From the NCBI GenBank assembly GCA_015061055.1, contig SUXH01000006.1, forward strand, positions 60,923 to 124,922: DNA of 64,000 nt, read 5' to 3'. Source of the DNA: Bacteroidales bacterium (GTDB lineage: Bacteria; Bacteroidota; Bacteroidia; Bacteroidales; Muribaculaceae). Positions 9,917 to 20,006 of this stretch are shown piece by piece; the first letter of the stretch is position 1; each line of letters starts with the position of its first letter. Both the position numbers and the translations under genes were made by a program. The notes under the pieces were generated by a model. That model was given only the letters and a program-made list of their open reading frames with translations, was not told where the DNA came from and did no database searches.

Positions 9917-12871
9917 ATGAAACAGAAATTTTACAATGGAGTACTTTTAGTGGCTATGTTATTTGCTACTATGGGATCTTTTGTTTCTTGTAAGGACTAC
10001 GATGAAGATGCGTATGCTGAATTACAAGGACAGTTAATAGATCAAAATTCTACGCTATTGGAGGCTCTTGAATCTCAAAAGCAGTCAATGCAAGCGCAGA
10101 TTGATGCATTGAGACAAGCACAAGAGGCTTGTCAAACAAACTGCCAATTGTGGCAACAACAAATGGAGATCTGGAAAACTCAGATTGAAAATTGGCAGAA
10201 AGAAATCAATGAATGGAAATCTCAACTTGATAATCACTATGTAACAAGAGAAGAGTACAATGCAAAAGTTGCAGAATTGGAAGGCAAGATTAGTTCATTG
10301 ACAAATCAAATGATTGCTTGTACTGAAGATATTGCAAACTTAAAGGCAAGAGACGTTCAATTGGATAGCGCTATTAATGCTGTTGATGCAAATCTTAAAG
10401 ATCTTATTAAGCAGGAAGATGATAAAATCTGGGATGCATTAAGAGCTTTGGAAAGTTCAGTAGCAACAACTGTTTATGTTGATTCGCTTGCAAATAGCAT
10501 TGTAAATCAAATCCAAGATTTGAAAACTGATTTGCAAAATGCAATTGATACAAACACTGCAATGTTGGCTGATTCTATTGGTGATGTTAAGACTGAGTTG
10601 GTTGCTTTGATAAGTGACTTAGAGCAAAGAGTTGCCGCAAATGAAACTGCTATCGAGTCATTGAATAGCACTGTAACAAACTTGAGAACTTCAATTGTTG
10701 GTATTGAAGTATTGTTGAATGAAACAGTTTTAGCTGTAGAAAAAGTTCAAGCACTTGCTGAAGCTGATTCAATCAGAATTGATGCTTTAGTATCTGAATT
10801 TGAAACTTTGTCGGAAACACTTGGTGAACTAAAGCAACAGCATAAGGAAGATGTTGACAGTATCTGTGATGAATTATCTTCAATTAAAGATAGTGTAGAT
10901 GCAGTTGCTGCACTTGCACGAGAAAACTTAGTGTTGGCTAATAATTATACCGATAACCGTATTGAAGTGTTGCGCACTGAAATGTTGGATTCTGTTGCAG
11001 GTCTAAATGTGAAAATTGGAGCTTTGGAAGCTGCATACAAAGAAGCTGATGCCAAACTTCAAGAACAAATCGATGACTTGGCTGATAGATTAGATGATTT
11101 GGAACCTCGAGTTGAAGCTAACGAAAAAGCAATTGAAACAATTTCAGAAAAGATTGCTGAATTGGCTGATAGAGTAGATAAGGTTGAGGAATCGATGAAG
11201 CAATTTATTACCGGTATAATTCTTCAAGGAACAGAAAATCCTGTATTTGGTTCATTTGCATTGCCGTTTAATATCAAGAGTAATGTGTTGATGGCTTATT
11301 ATGGTTACGCAGGAAGCTACGGAATTGAATTCCCAACAAAATATCCTCGTTACTATGTAAACGATGCGGAAGTCCTTTCTGAAAAGGATCTTGAAATGCT
11401 TGGTGTAGCATCTGAAAGGTTGGCTGAAGATGGTGAAGCCATTGTAAGCGGAGCAGGTAAGGTTTATGTAACAGTAAATCCATCAAGTGTAAACTTTGAA
11501 GGACAAACTCTTCCTATCGTAAATAGTATTGAAGAAGAATCGGGAATCAAACTATCTCCACTTCAATATTCAGATAAAAAACTTACATTCGGATATTCAA
11601 GATCGGAAGAAAATGGACTATATGAAGCAGAAGCTACTTTAGCTACTGAAGATATTGAAAAGGTTAGTATGAAGTTTGACTTTGACGCGGCTGATATTAA
11701 AGCTACAGTTAAAGATATACTTAACCCGACTGATGGTGTAAATGTAACTAATGTAGCTAATACAATGGTTGACGTGTTAAATCAGTTTAATCAAAAGCTT
11801 GATGCAAATGCGTTGAAAGCTTCATGGACCGATTCATTAGGTGTAAAGCGTAATGTTTATTCAGAGTACAATATTGCAGCTACAGCTATTAAGCCATTGT
11901 CATATAGTTTCTTGAAGGATTATAAGGTTAGTTCATTGCCAGGAATTGAAAGAGCTGAAAGCTTTATCAATAAAGTAGCTGATAAGGTTAAGGTTAATTT
12001 ACCGGACTTTAATCTAAATATAGAAGTTCCAACAATCAAGAAAATTGAAATTGTAGAATTGTCGGATGAATTACTTGCCGAGTTTAAGTTCTTGATAGAT
12101 ATGGATACTACAATCACAATTCCGGTAGATACAATTAAAATTGATGCTTACGACAAAAATGGAAATAAGGTTGATGTTAAACCTGTAGTTGTAGGTGGAC
12201 AATCTGTTGAAATTTGGGTAACAGAAGTTATCGATATGAGAGATGAAGTTGAGGACTTCTATGCTGAAATAGAAAAGCCTATAGAGGATGTAAATCAAAT
12301 CTTGGAAGATCTTGAAGCATTTATGGATGATGTTAACGATCTTCTTGATGAAATTAATAAGTTGAACGATTTCATTGTAGATATCGAAACCGGTGTTAAT
12401 AAAGTACAAGACAAATTGATTTCATATTTGAACAAGTTTAATAACAAGATGTGTGATTTGATAAATTCAGCAAATAAAGTTCTTCAACCAACTCTATTAG
12501 TAAAGAGTGAAGGTTCATTTGCAAAATTGAGTCAATCATTGAATTATCCATCAAAGATTAATGGCACAGACTTTACACTTGTTCCAACATCATATACAGC
12601 AGAAATTATAGCTCCAGCATATAAGAAACTGGTAGGTGTAACAAATGTATATTCAATGGATTATACTAAGAATGCACAAGTAAATGGCGGTGAATATTTA
12701 ACTGCATTGAAAGATGCAAATGCTAAGGAAGGTGTTGCTGAAATCTTAGAAGGAGATACTAATTTAGTAAACTTCTCTATTAAGCCAGGATATATTTACG
12801 AAGTAACTTACACAAGTGTAGACTTTAGCGGTATGGTTGCTGCTAAGAAGTTCTATGTAACTGTAAAGTAA
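9917..12871 (+). CDS. 984-aa lipoprotein with an N-terminal ~420-aa coiled coil and an uncharacterised C-terminal region
   Basis: Lipobox FVSC. Long heptad-like stretches (QLWQQQMEIWKTQIENWQKEINEWKSQL...). I recognise no catalytic motif. Confidence 0.6.
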   Translation: MKQKFYNGVLLVAMLFATMGSFVSCKDYDEDAYAELQGQLIDQNSTLLEALESQKQSMQAQIDALRQAQEACQTNCQLWQQQMEIWKTQIENWQKEINEWKSQLDNHYVTREEYNAKVAELEGKISSLTNQMIACTEDIANLKARDVQLDSAINAVDANLKDLIKQEDDKIWDALRALESSVATTVYVDSLANSIVNQIQDLKTDLQNAIDTNTAMLADSIGDVKTELVALISDLEQRVAANETAIESLNSTVTNLRTSIVGIEVLLNETVLAVEKVQALAEADSIRIDALVSEFETLSETLGELKQQHKEDVDSICDELSSIKDSVDAVAALARENLVLANNYTDNRIEVLRTEMLDSVAGLNVKIGALEAAYKEADAKLQEQIDDLADRLDDLEPRVEANEKAIETISEKIAELADRVDKVEESMKQFITGIILQGTENPVFGSFALPFNIKSNVLMAYYGYAGSYGIEFPTKYPRYYVNDAEVLSEKDLEMLGVASERLAEDGEAIVSGAGKVYVTVNPSSVNFEGQTLPIVNSIEEESGIKLSPLQYSDKKLTFGYSRSEENGLYEAEATLATEDIEKVSMKFDFDAADIKATVKDILNPTDGVNVTNVANTMVDVLNQFNQKLDANALKASWTDSLGVKRNVYSEYNIAATAIKPLSYSFLKDYKVSSLPGIERAESFINKVADKVKVNLPDFNLNIEVPTIKKIEIVELSDELLAEFKFLIDMDTTITIPVDTIKIDAYDKNGNKVDVKPVVVGGQSVEIWVTEVIDMRDEVEDFYAEIEKPIEDVNQILEDLEAFMDDVNDLLDEINKLNDFIVDIETGVNKVQDKLISYLNKFNNKMCDLINSANKVLQPTLLVKSEGSFAKLSQSLNYPSKINGTDFTLVPTSYTAEIIAPAYKKLVGVTNVYSMDYTKNAQVNGGEYLTALKDANAKEGVAEILEGDTNLVNFSIKPGYIYEVTYTSVDFSGMVAAKKFYVTVK

Positions 12872-12892
12872 TCGCTAAAAAGAACAATAATT

Positions 12893-12913
12893 AAGTGGGG
12901 CTTGTCCCCACTT
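12893..12913 (+). other. 8-bp GC-rich hairpin between co-directional genes
   Basis: aagtgggg cttgt ccccactt with no T-run. It could be a partial terminator or an RNA-processing site. Confidence 0.35.
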
Positions 12914-12947
12914 GATTGAAGAAATAATAATTTTAATAAAGAGAATT

Positions 12948-14102
12948 ATGAAAATCAATAAAACATTATTGGCAGGTTTGTTGATGATGGGTTGTTTTTC
13001 TGCTACAGCACAAGATGAAGGTAAATCTGTGAGAGTAGAAAACGAATTCAATCCACATTGGTATATACAAATTCAGCCATTAGGTGCACAATATACATTA
13101 GGAGAAGGTTCTTTCGGTGATTTGTTGTCATACAATCTACAACTTGCCGGTGGTTATAACTTCAACAAATTGATTGGTGCGCGTCTTGCTATCAATGCTT
13201 TCCAAAGCAAAGGTGGTTGGGAAATGAATAATAACAAAGAGACTTGGAAGTGGAACTATGTAGCCCCTGCGGTTGATGTAACATTGAACCTCTCTAACTT
13301 AATGTTTGGTTATAATCCTGATCGTTTGTTTACCCTAAGTGCATTTGCCGGAATAGGTGCAAATGTGGCGTGGAATAACGATGAGGCTGCAGCCGTAAAG
13401 GGTCAATTGGGAACTGATTACGGACATAACCAAAATCTACGCTATTTGTGGGATGGTACTAAGGTGAAGTTCCTTGGTCAAGCCGGACTTATGGCAGATT
13501 TCCGCCTAAATAGCAATTGGAGTATAGGACTTGAATTGCAAGCTAATACATTGAGTGATAAATATAACTCAAAGAAGGCTGGCAATGCTGATTGGTACTT
13601 CAATGGTCTTCTTGGTGTGAAATATGTATTTGGAAAGAGTAACATAAGAAAAGAAATTAAGATTGAAGAACCTTATAAAGAAAAGATAGTAGAAAAGGTT
13701 GTAGAAAAAATTGTAGAAAAGGAAGTAGAAAAGAAAGTATATGTAGAAACTACAATTTATGAACTAAGCCGAGCTATATTTTTTAAGGTTGCAGGAAAAA
13801 CAGTAATTCCAAATTCAGAAATGTACAAAGTTAAGGAAGTTGCTGATTTCTTGAATGAATATCCTGATGCTAATGTCACATTATGTGGTTATGCTGATAG
13901 AGGTACCGGTAATCCAACCATCAATGCACGATTGGCAGAACAACGTGTTAATGCAGTAGCTGATGCTTTGGTTAATAAGTATAATATTGACCGTTCACGA
14001 ATTTCTACTGATCACAAGGGTGATGTAGTTCAACCTATGGAAGGTACTGATAACCGTGTAACAATTGCTATTGCTAAGTCAAAAAAAGTGATTGAAAAGT
14101 AA
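12948..14102 (+). CDS. OmpA family outer-membrane protein (beta-barrel plus C-terminal OmpA domain)
   Basis: I prefer the ATG at 12948 (MKINKTLLAGLLMMG.. signal peptide) over the track's TTG at 12912. C-terminal block: LCGYADRGTGNPTINARLAEQRVNAV. Confidence 0.8.
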   Translation: MKINKTLLAGLLMMGCFSATAQDEGKSVRVENEFNPHWYIQIQPLGAQYTLGEGSFGDLLSYNLQLAGGYNFNKLIGARLAINAFQSKGGWEMNNNKETWKWNYVAPAVDVTLNLSNLMFGYNPDRLFTLSAFAGIGANVAWNNDEAAAVKGQLGTDYGHNQNLRYLWDGTKVKFLGQAGLMADFRLNSNWSIGLELQANTLSDKYNSKKAGNADWYFNGLLGVKYVFGKSNIRKEIKIEEPYKEKIVEKVVEKIVEKEVEKKVYVETTIYELSRAIFFKVAGKTVIPNSEMYKVKEVADFLNEYPDANVTLCGYADRGTGNPTINARLAEQRVNAVADALVNKYNIDRSRISTDHKGDVVQPMEGTDNRVTIAIAKSKKVIEK

Positions 14103-14113
14103 TGCAATAAATT

Positions 14114-14168
14114 AAAAACTCTGCCTTGGTTGTGTGTTAATGTGCATATAGCAAAGGCAGAGTTTTTT
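14114..14168 (+). terminator. intrinsic terminator
   Basis: aaaaactctgcctt ... aaggcagagtttttt. Confidence 0.75.
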
Positions 14169-14183
14169 GTATTTTAAATAGGT

Positions 14184-16799
14184 ATGAAAAAAATTACGGT
14201 ATTTACGTTAATGCTTGTTGTCGTTTATACTGCTTTTGCGCAGTATAACGGCAAGGGGTATTATAGAGTACAAAATAAGGTAACGGAACGCTTCATAAGG
14301 GTAATTGATAATAAAGGGAGCGTGAATCTTGCTACGACAGATGCTGATTTAGGTGCTCTTGAGACAAAGAAAAAATTTGAGAATGTAGTTTCCGACCCTG
14401 CATCAATTATTTATATTACTGAAGCCGGTGATGGATATGATTTTAAAGCACAAGGAACAAGTTCATATAGTATAATAGGGTATTATGTGAAATTGTATAA
14501 AAATAGTGATGGAACATATCGCGCGTATGCACAGAATAGTGGTATGGTAAAGTATTTGTGTGATGAAAATACAACTTATGATGAAGGGGTCGTTCTTACA
14601 AATAGCACAAAAACTCGTGATTGGTATATCAAACCGGTAAATCAAAATGATGGGCAATATTTTGCTCTAAAACCTACAGTAACGATTGGAGGAGAATATT
14701 ATACTACGATATATGCGGCTTTCCCATTTACTCTACCGGCAGGAATGACTGCTTACTATGTTAGCACAGTTTCTGATGGTCAGGCTGTATGGAAAGAAGT
14801 GAAAGATGGAAAGGTTCCGGCTTCTACAGCAGTGTATGTGAAATGTAAATCTTCAAATTATACTGAGAATAAGGTGACACTTGGAGATAATGGTGTCACT
14901 TCATTATCGGGAAACTTGATGAAGGGGGTCTATTTCAATAATGGAACTAAGAAACACAATAATCAGAAAGCATATGACTCTAAAACGATGAGAGTTTTAG
15001 GGGTAATGTCGGATGGCAAACTTGGTTTTATTACTGCAAATCTTGATTATATTCCTGCTAATACGGCTTATCTTGTGGTTCCAGAGAATACACCAAGTGA
15101 GATAAAACTGGTGTCGGAGAGTGAATATAAACCAAATGTTGCAGTACAATCTGTGTCATTGTCTCAAAATACATTAACTATGTATGCAGGCGATAGCCAT
15201 CCTTTGACAGCTACGGTACTTCCTGAGGATGCAACAGACAAGAGCTTGCAGTGGTCAAGTTCAGATAATAATGTAGTAACTGTTGATACCAATGGTGTAT
15301 TGAAGGCGGTAGGCTACGGAAAAGCTACAATAACGGTGTCTTGTGTGGCAAATAGTGCAATTAAAGCTACTTGTGAAGTTAATGTATATGCGCGTTGTAC
15401 AGGAGTTGAACTTTCTGCAACAAATGTTCAGCTATATGTAGGCGAAAGTTTTACACTTACGGCAAATACATTGCCACTTGCGACAACAGACGGTCAAATC
15501 GAATGGAGTGTAAGCAATGAATCTGTAATTAAGCGTAATGCAGATGGTTCGATTATAGCTATTGGTGCCGGAACAGCAGAAGTGATTGCAAAATCTACTG
15601 ATGGAGGTCATATTGCAAAATGTACAGTAACAGTTAAAGCAATAGTGATGGCAGAATCTGTAACATTGAATATGAAATCGTTGACAATGTATGTAGGCGA
15701 TACTAAGACGTTGACAGCTACAGTACTTCCTGAGGATGCAACTGACAAGAGCCTGCAGTGGACAAGCACAAATAATAATGTTGTCACAGTAGACGCTAAT
15801 GGTGTATTGAAGGCGGTAGGCTACGGAAAAGCTACAATAACGGTGTCTTGTGTGGCAAATAGTGCAATTAAAGCTACTTGTGAAGTTAATGTATATGCAC
15901 GTTGTACAGGAGTTGAACTTTCTGCAACAAATGTTCAGCTATATGTAGGTGAAAGTTTTACACTTACAGCAAATACATTGCCACTTGCGACAACAGACGG
16001 TCAAATAGAATGGATCGTAAGCAATGAATCTGTAATTAAACGAAATGCAGATGGAACTATTATTGCTTTAGCGGAAGGAATAGCAGAAGTGATTGCAAGG
16101 TCGGTTGATGGTGGCTATATTGCAAAATGTATTGTTACCGTTAAGGCTGTTACAGTCGCAGAGAAGGTGATAATGAGTGATGAGTCTGTGATTTTGTATG
16201 CGGGTGATAGCTATACTTTGACAGCTGAAGTTATTCCTGATGATGCTGTCGACAAGTCTTTATCGTGGGTAAGTAGCAGTGATGCAGTGGCAAGTGTAGC
16301 AAATGGTGAAGTGAAAGCTAATTCTTATGGAAATGCTAAAGTAATTGCTTTTGTTTCATCAAACAACGCAATAGCCGATACTTGCTATGTTCAAGTATAC
16401 GAACATACAACAGGTGTTGAACTTTCGGCTACAGTAATCGAGCTGAATGTTGGTGATAAGGTATTACTTACAGCAAATACATTACCACTTGCGACAACAG
16501 ACGGTCAAATCGAATGGAGTGTAAGTGATGAAACTATTGTTAATCGTGGTACAGATGGAAATATTGTTGCTAAAGCGGTAGGGACAACTGAGGTTATTGC
16601 AAAATCTATCGATGGAGGTCATATCGCAAAGTGTGTTATTACGGTGAAAGAAAACAGTGGTATTGAAGATTTACTATACGGAAAGAATCAGTCGTTTAAA
16701 ATTTACAATTTACAAGGAGTATTGTTGGATAAACTTCAACATGGTGTAAACATTGTGATATTTGAAGATGGTACTACACAAAAGGTAATAGTGAAATAA
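14184..16799 (+). CDS. T9SS-sorted surface protein with six Big_2-like Ig domains
   Basis: 871 aa with a signal peptide and repeated Big_2-like modules. The C-terminal KIYNLQGVLLDKLQHGVNIVIFEDGTTQKVIVK resembles a T9SS type A sorting domain. Confidence 0.75.
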   Translation: MKKITVFTLMLVVVYTAFAQYNGKGYYRVQNKVTERFIRVIDNKGSVNLATTDADLGALETKKKFENVVSDPASIIYITEAGDGYDFKAQGTSSYSIIGYYVKLYKNSDGTYRAYAQNSGMVKYLCDENTTYDEGVVLTNSTKTRDWYIKPVNQNDGQYFALKPTVTIGGEYYTTIYAAFPFTLPAGMTAYYVSTVSDGQAVWKEVKDGKVPASTAVYVKCKSSNYTENKVTLGDNGVTSLSGNLMKGVYFNNGTKKHNNQKAYDSKTMRVLGVMSDGKLGFITANLDYIPANTAYLVVPENTPSEIKLVSESEYKPNVAVQSVSLSQNTLTMYAGDSHPLTATVLPEDATDKSLQWSSSDNNVVTVDTNGVLKAVGYGKATITVSCVANSAIKATCEVNVYARCTGVELSATNVQLYVGESFTLTANTLPLATTDGQIEWSVSNESVIKRNADGSIIAIGAGTAEVIAKSTDGGHIAKCTVTVKAIVMAESVTLNMKSLTMYVGDTKTLTATVLPEDATDKSLQWTSTNNNVVTVDANGVLKAVGYGKATITVSCVANSAIKATCEVNVYARCTGVELSATNVQLYVGESFTLTANTLPLATTDGQIEWIVSNESVIKRNADGTIIALAEGIAEVIARSVDGGYIAKCIVTVKAVTVAEKVIMSDESVILYAGDSYTLTAEVIPDDAVDKSLSWVSSSDAVASVANGEVKANSYGNAKVIAFVSSNNAIADTCYVQVYEHTTGVELSATVIELNVGDKVLLTANTLPLATTDGQIEWSVSDETIVNRGTDGNIVAKAVGTTEVIAKSIDGGHIAKCVITVKENSGIEDLLYGKNQSFKIYNLQGVLLDKLQHGVNIVIFEDGTTQKVIVK
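15139..16659 (+). repeat. three tandem 507-bp (169-aa) coding repeats
   Basis: Units start at about 15139, 15646 and 16153. Units 1 and 2 share about 100 nt of perfect identity (15291-15392 vs 15798-15899) and only a few mismatches over about 230 nt. Confidence 0.9.
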
Positions 16800-16820
16800 T
16801 CAATATACATATCAAGAAAG

Positions 16821-16861
16821 GAGGCTGTGCAAAAATATAAGATTTTGACACAGCCTCTTTT
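16821..16861. terminator. hairpin terminator after the Big_2 gene
   Basis: gaggctgtg ... cacagcctc followed by tttt. Confidence 0.6.
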
Positions 16862-16888
16862 AATTAAAAATTGATTGGAAGAATATAG

Positions 16889-16934
16889 AAAAATGAGACT
16901 GAATACTACAATCCGAAGAACTTTTTATTCAGTC
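16889..16934 (-). terminator. intrinsic terminator of purT
   Basis: On the minus strand, gactgaata ... tattcagtc (9 bp) is followed by tca-ttttt. Confidence 0.6.
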
Positions 16935-16952
16935 ACATTATATGTGTGATGG

Positions 16953-18149
16953 TTATTCGCCGCGTGAAAGGACGTTGACTGTAAGGGCATTGTAAGCACG
17001 TTCAGCCTTGGCGCGAGCAGCTTCAACAGATTCATCGGTTGCTAAAATCACACCCATACGGCGATGTCCGTTGATTTCAGGCTTACCGAAGATGCGCATT
17101 TGGACTCCCGGTTCTTCCAAAACCTTTTCTAAGTTGTCGAATTCGATACGGTTAGTTTCGCCTTCAACTACGATAGCGCGTGAAGCCGATGGTCCGTAGA
17201 AACGGATAGAAGGAATAGGCAGACCGAGTAAAGCACGTGCGTGTAAAGCAAATTCGCTTTGGTCTTGTGAAATCATAGTTACCATACCTGTGTCGTGTGG
17301 ACGAGGTGATACTTCGCTGAATATGACGTCATCGCCTTTGATGAACATTTCTACGCCAAATATACCGTATCCACCTAAAGCATCGGTTACCTTCTTTGCT
17401 ATTTCTTGAGCCTTAAGTAGTGCAGTTGGCGACATTGGTTGAGGTTGCCATGAATAGCGGTAGTCACCATCAATTTGAATGTGTCCTACCGGTTCGCAGT
17501 ATTGTGTGCCAAGTATGTTTCGTACCGTAAGGAGTGTTATTTCGTAGTCAAAGTCAACAAATCCTTCCACGATAACACGTCCTGCGCCTGCGCGTCCACC
17601 TTCTTGTGCGTTACGCCAAGCGGTAGCTACGTCCTCTTGTTTTTTTATGGTACTTTGTCCATGTCCTGAGGAACTCATAATAGGTTTAACAACGCAAGGG
17701 ATGCCAATTTCTTCAACAGCATTGTAGAATTCTTCTTCGGTAGACGCAAATTTGTAGCGAGAAGTGGTGATGCCAAGTTCTTCGGCTGCAAGACGGCGAA
17801 TGCCTTCACGATTCATAGTTAGCCAAGCTGCGTTGGCAGTAGGAGTTACGTTGTAACCTTCTTTTTCAAGTTCTACAAGTACGGGGGTAGCTATAGCTTC
17901 CACTTCGGGTATAATGTGGTCGGGTTGTTCGAGTTCGATTACTTCACGAAGTTTCTTTCCATCGAGCATATTGAATACGTGGAAATGGTGTGCTACTTGC
18001 ATTGCAGGAGCATTGGGGTACTTATCGCAAGCCACTACTTCGACACCAAGACGCATCAACTCGATAGCAACTTCTTTTCCAAGTTCTCCGCTACCAAGAA
18101 GCAGTGCTTTACGACCTACACCAGTCATTAATGAGCCTATTTTAGCCAT
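16953..18149 (-). CDS. purT: phosphoribosylglycinamide formyltransferase 2 (formate-dependent GAR transformylase)
   Basis: ATP-grasp protein. I prefer the start [27 protein letters not shown] at 18149. Confidence 0.9.
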   Translation of the reverse strand: MAKIGSLMTGVGRKALLLGSGELGKEVAIELMRLGVEVVACDKYPNAPAMQVAHHFHVFNMLDGKKLREVIELEQPDHIIPEVEAIATPVLVELEKEGYNVTPTANAAWLTMNREGIRRLAAEELGITTSRYKFASTEEEFYNAVEEIGIPCVVKPIMSSSGHGQSTIKKQEDVATAWRNAQEGGRAGAGRVIVEGFVDFDYEITLLTVRNILGTQYCEPVGHIQIDGDYRYSWQPQPMSPTALLKAQEIAKKVTDALGGYGIFGVEMFIKGDDVIFSEVSPRPHDTGMVTMISQDQSEFALHARALLGLPIPSIRFYGPSASRAIVVEGETNRIEFDNLEKVLEEPGVQMRIFGKPEINGHRRMGVILATDESVEAARAKAERAYNALTVNVLSRGE

Positions 18150-18276
18150 AGGTAAGTTTAATTTATTTGAATGATTAATGTTTTGTGCAAAAATACGAAA
18201 TAATAGTGTATAAAACAAGAAAGGGAAAACTTGATGTTTCCCCTTTCTCAGTATAAAGTGTTGTTTGAAATCTAAA

Positions 18277-18477
18277 TTAGATAAGTGAAATTACAATTTC
18301 TTCTTCAGTTTCGTTGATGTTAAGCTTGCCTTCGCGAGCCAACCAACCGATAGCTGCATAAAGTTCTTTTTCTTTAAGCTTAGTAGCTTTTTTCAAACCT
18401 TTCATACTCAAAGCGCCTTGTTCGTTTAGAGCTGTCCATGCTTTACCAGCCCATTCTCCAATAATTTCTACGTTCAT
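18277..18477 (-). CDS. small winged-helix-like protein (DUF2582-like)
   Basis: 66 aa. The WTAL...G.LS...L.K.T.L...[12 protein letters not shown] pattern is as I recall it for this family. Confidence 0.4.
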   Translation of the reverse strand: MNVEIIGEWAGKAWTALNEQGALSMKGLKKATKLKEKELYAAIGWLAREGKLNINETEEEIVISLI

Positions 18478-18675
18478 TTTAAAATAAAAAATAGTTAATA
18501 AAAAACTTATTAAAATAGTATTTTCTCAAATATGGGCGCAAAATTACATATTTTCTGCAAAATAACACAAATTTTCGAGTTAAAAAATGTCGTTTTTCAT
18601 TGAAAATCTGGTTTTTGCAATTGTAAAGAATGCTTTTTTATGTACTTTATTCTTATTTGTTGTATCTTTGTGGTG

Positions 18676-19608
18676 ATGAATGGACTTGTAGTAAAAAATA
18701 CGGGCAGTTGGTATGTCGTCAAACTTGAAGACGGCACAATCGCCAATTGTAAGATAAAGGGGAATTTCCGATTAAAGGGGATTCGCACCACTAACCCTGT
18801 GGCTGTGGGTGATGAGGTGAGTGTGGAGGTGAAAGACGGAGCTTCGTATATTGTGAGTATTGCTCCGCGCCGTAATTATATAATACGTCGAGCGTCAAAC
18901 TTGTCGAAAGAATCACAGATTCTTGCAGCCAATATTGATCAAGCATTACTTATAGTAACACTGAAAGAACCTATAACCAATACTACTTTCATAGATCGTT
19001 TTCTTGCTACTGCCGAAGCCTATAATGTTCCGGCAGTGATAATAATCAATAAAGTGGATTTGCTTGCCGACGATGATGAGAAAGAGTATCTTGAGGCTGT
19101 GAAGATGCTATATGAGACAATAGGCTATAAGGTGATAAAGATGAATGCGCTGAAAGGTGAAGGTGTTGATGAATTAAAATCGGAGCTTATTGGTAGAACG
19201 ACGTTGCTCTCGGGTAATTCGGGCGTGGGAAAGTCATCTATTATCAATTGTGTGTTGCCCGGTCTTAATTTGAGGACGGGTAGTGTGTCGGAATCGCATC
19301 ACACAGGAATGCATACTACGACATTTTCTGAAATGTTTGAACTGCCTGAAGGTGGGTGTGTGATCGATACTCCCGGTGTTAAGGGATTCGGGACAATTGA
19401 CTTTGATAAGGCTGAAGTGGCTCATTATTTTAAAGAAATATTTGCTGCTTCGGCAAATTGTAAATATAACAATTGTACTCATACCCATGAGCCAGGTTGT
19501 GCTGTATTGGCTGCAGTGGAAAATCATTATATAAGTCAATCGCGCTATATTAGTTATTTGAGTATTCTTGAGGATAGCGTAGATGATAAGTATCGCAAGC
19601 CGTTTTGA
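18676..19608 (+). CDS. rsgA: ribosome small-subunit-dependent GTPase A
   Basis: [10 protein letters not shown]-loop and Zn motif [15 protein letters not shown] prefer the start [10 protein letters not shown] at 18676. A TAtcTTTG box lies at 18663-18670. Confidence 0.9.
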   Translation: MNGLVVKNTGSWYVVKLEDGTIANCKIKGNFRLKGIRTTNPVAVGDEVSVEVKDGASYIVSIAPRRNYIIRRASNLSKESQILAANIDQALLIVTLKEPITNTTFIDRFLATAEAYNVPAVIIINKVDLLADDDEKEYLEAVKMLYETIGYKVIKMNALKGEGVDELKSELIGRTTLLSGNSGVGKSSIINCVLPGLNLRTGSVSESHHTGMHTTTFSEMFELPEGGCVIDTPGVKGFGTIDFDKAEVAHYFKEIFAASANCKYNNCTHTHEPGCAVLAAVENHYISQSRYISYLSILEDSVDDKYRKPF

Positions 19609-19709
19609 TATCGAAAACAAACAAAAAAAAGAGTTTTTGCAACTTTGCAAGCAAAAAAGTTGTGAAATGTACGAAAAGTAGCTATATTTGTAAAAAATTG
19701 GATTAAAAG

Positions 19710-20006
19710 ATGGCAGCCGATTTGCATTCTACTATTCAACGTATTCTAGGTAAGACAAATGTGCTTGTGGAGAAGTATCAAGCACTCGCAGAAGAGTTGG
19801 ATAGGGTAGAGGCTGAAGTAAGGACGTTAAGAGGAGAAAATGCAAGTTTGACGAAAGAAAATCAAATGTTGCGCCAAGAGAATGATTATCTTAAATTAGC
19901 TCGCTCGATAGTTCCTTCACAAGAAAGCCTTGAGGAAAGTAAAGCCATCATAAACCAATTAGTGCGGGACGTAGATAAATGCATCTCTCAATTAACTTGT
20001 AAGTAA
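19710..20006 (+). CDS. small coiled-coil protein, translationally coupled to zapA
   Basis: 98 aa with leucine-zipper-like heptads. Its stop overlaps the zapA ATG (TAATG). Confidence 0.5.
   Translation: MAADLHSTIQRILGKTNVLVEKYQALAEELDRVEAEVRTLRGENASLTKENQMLRQENDYLKLARSIVPSQESLEESKAIINQLVRDVDKCISQLTCK

Noticed and set aside
18663-18676. -7 promoter boxes placed only 6-7 nt before the preferred ATGs of rsgA (18676) and ruvX (46902), suggesting leaderless mRNAs
   Set aside because: I did not report this as a finding because start-codon choice is uncertain in both cases. Upstream in-frame TTG or ATG alternatives exist, and the motif is short enough to occur by chance in AT-rich DNA.
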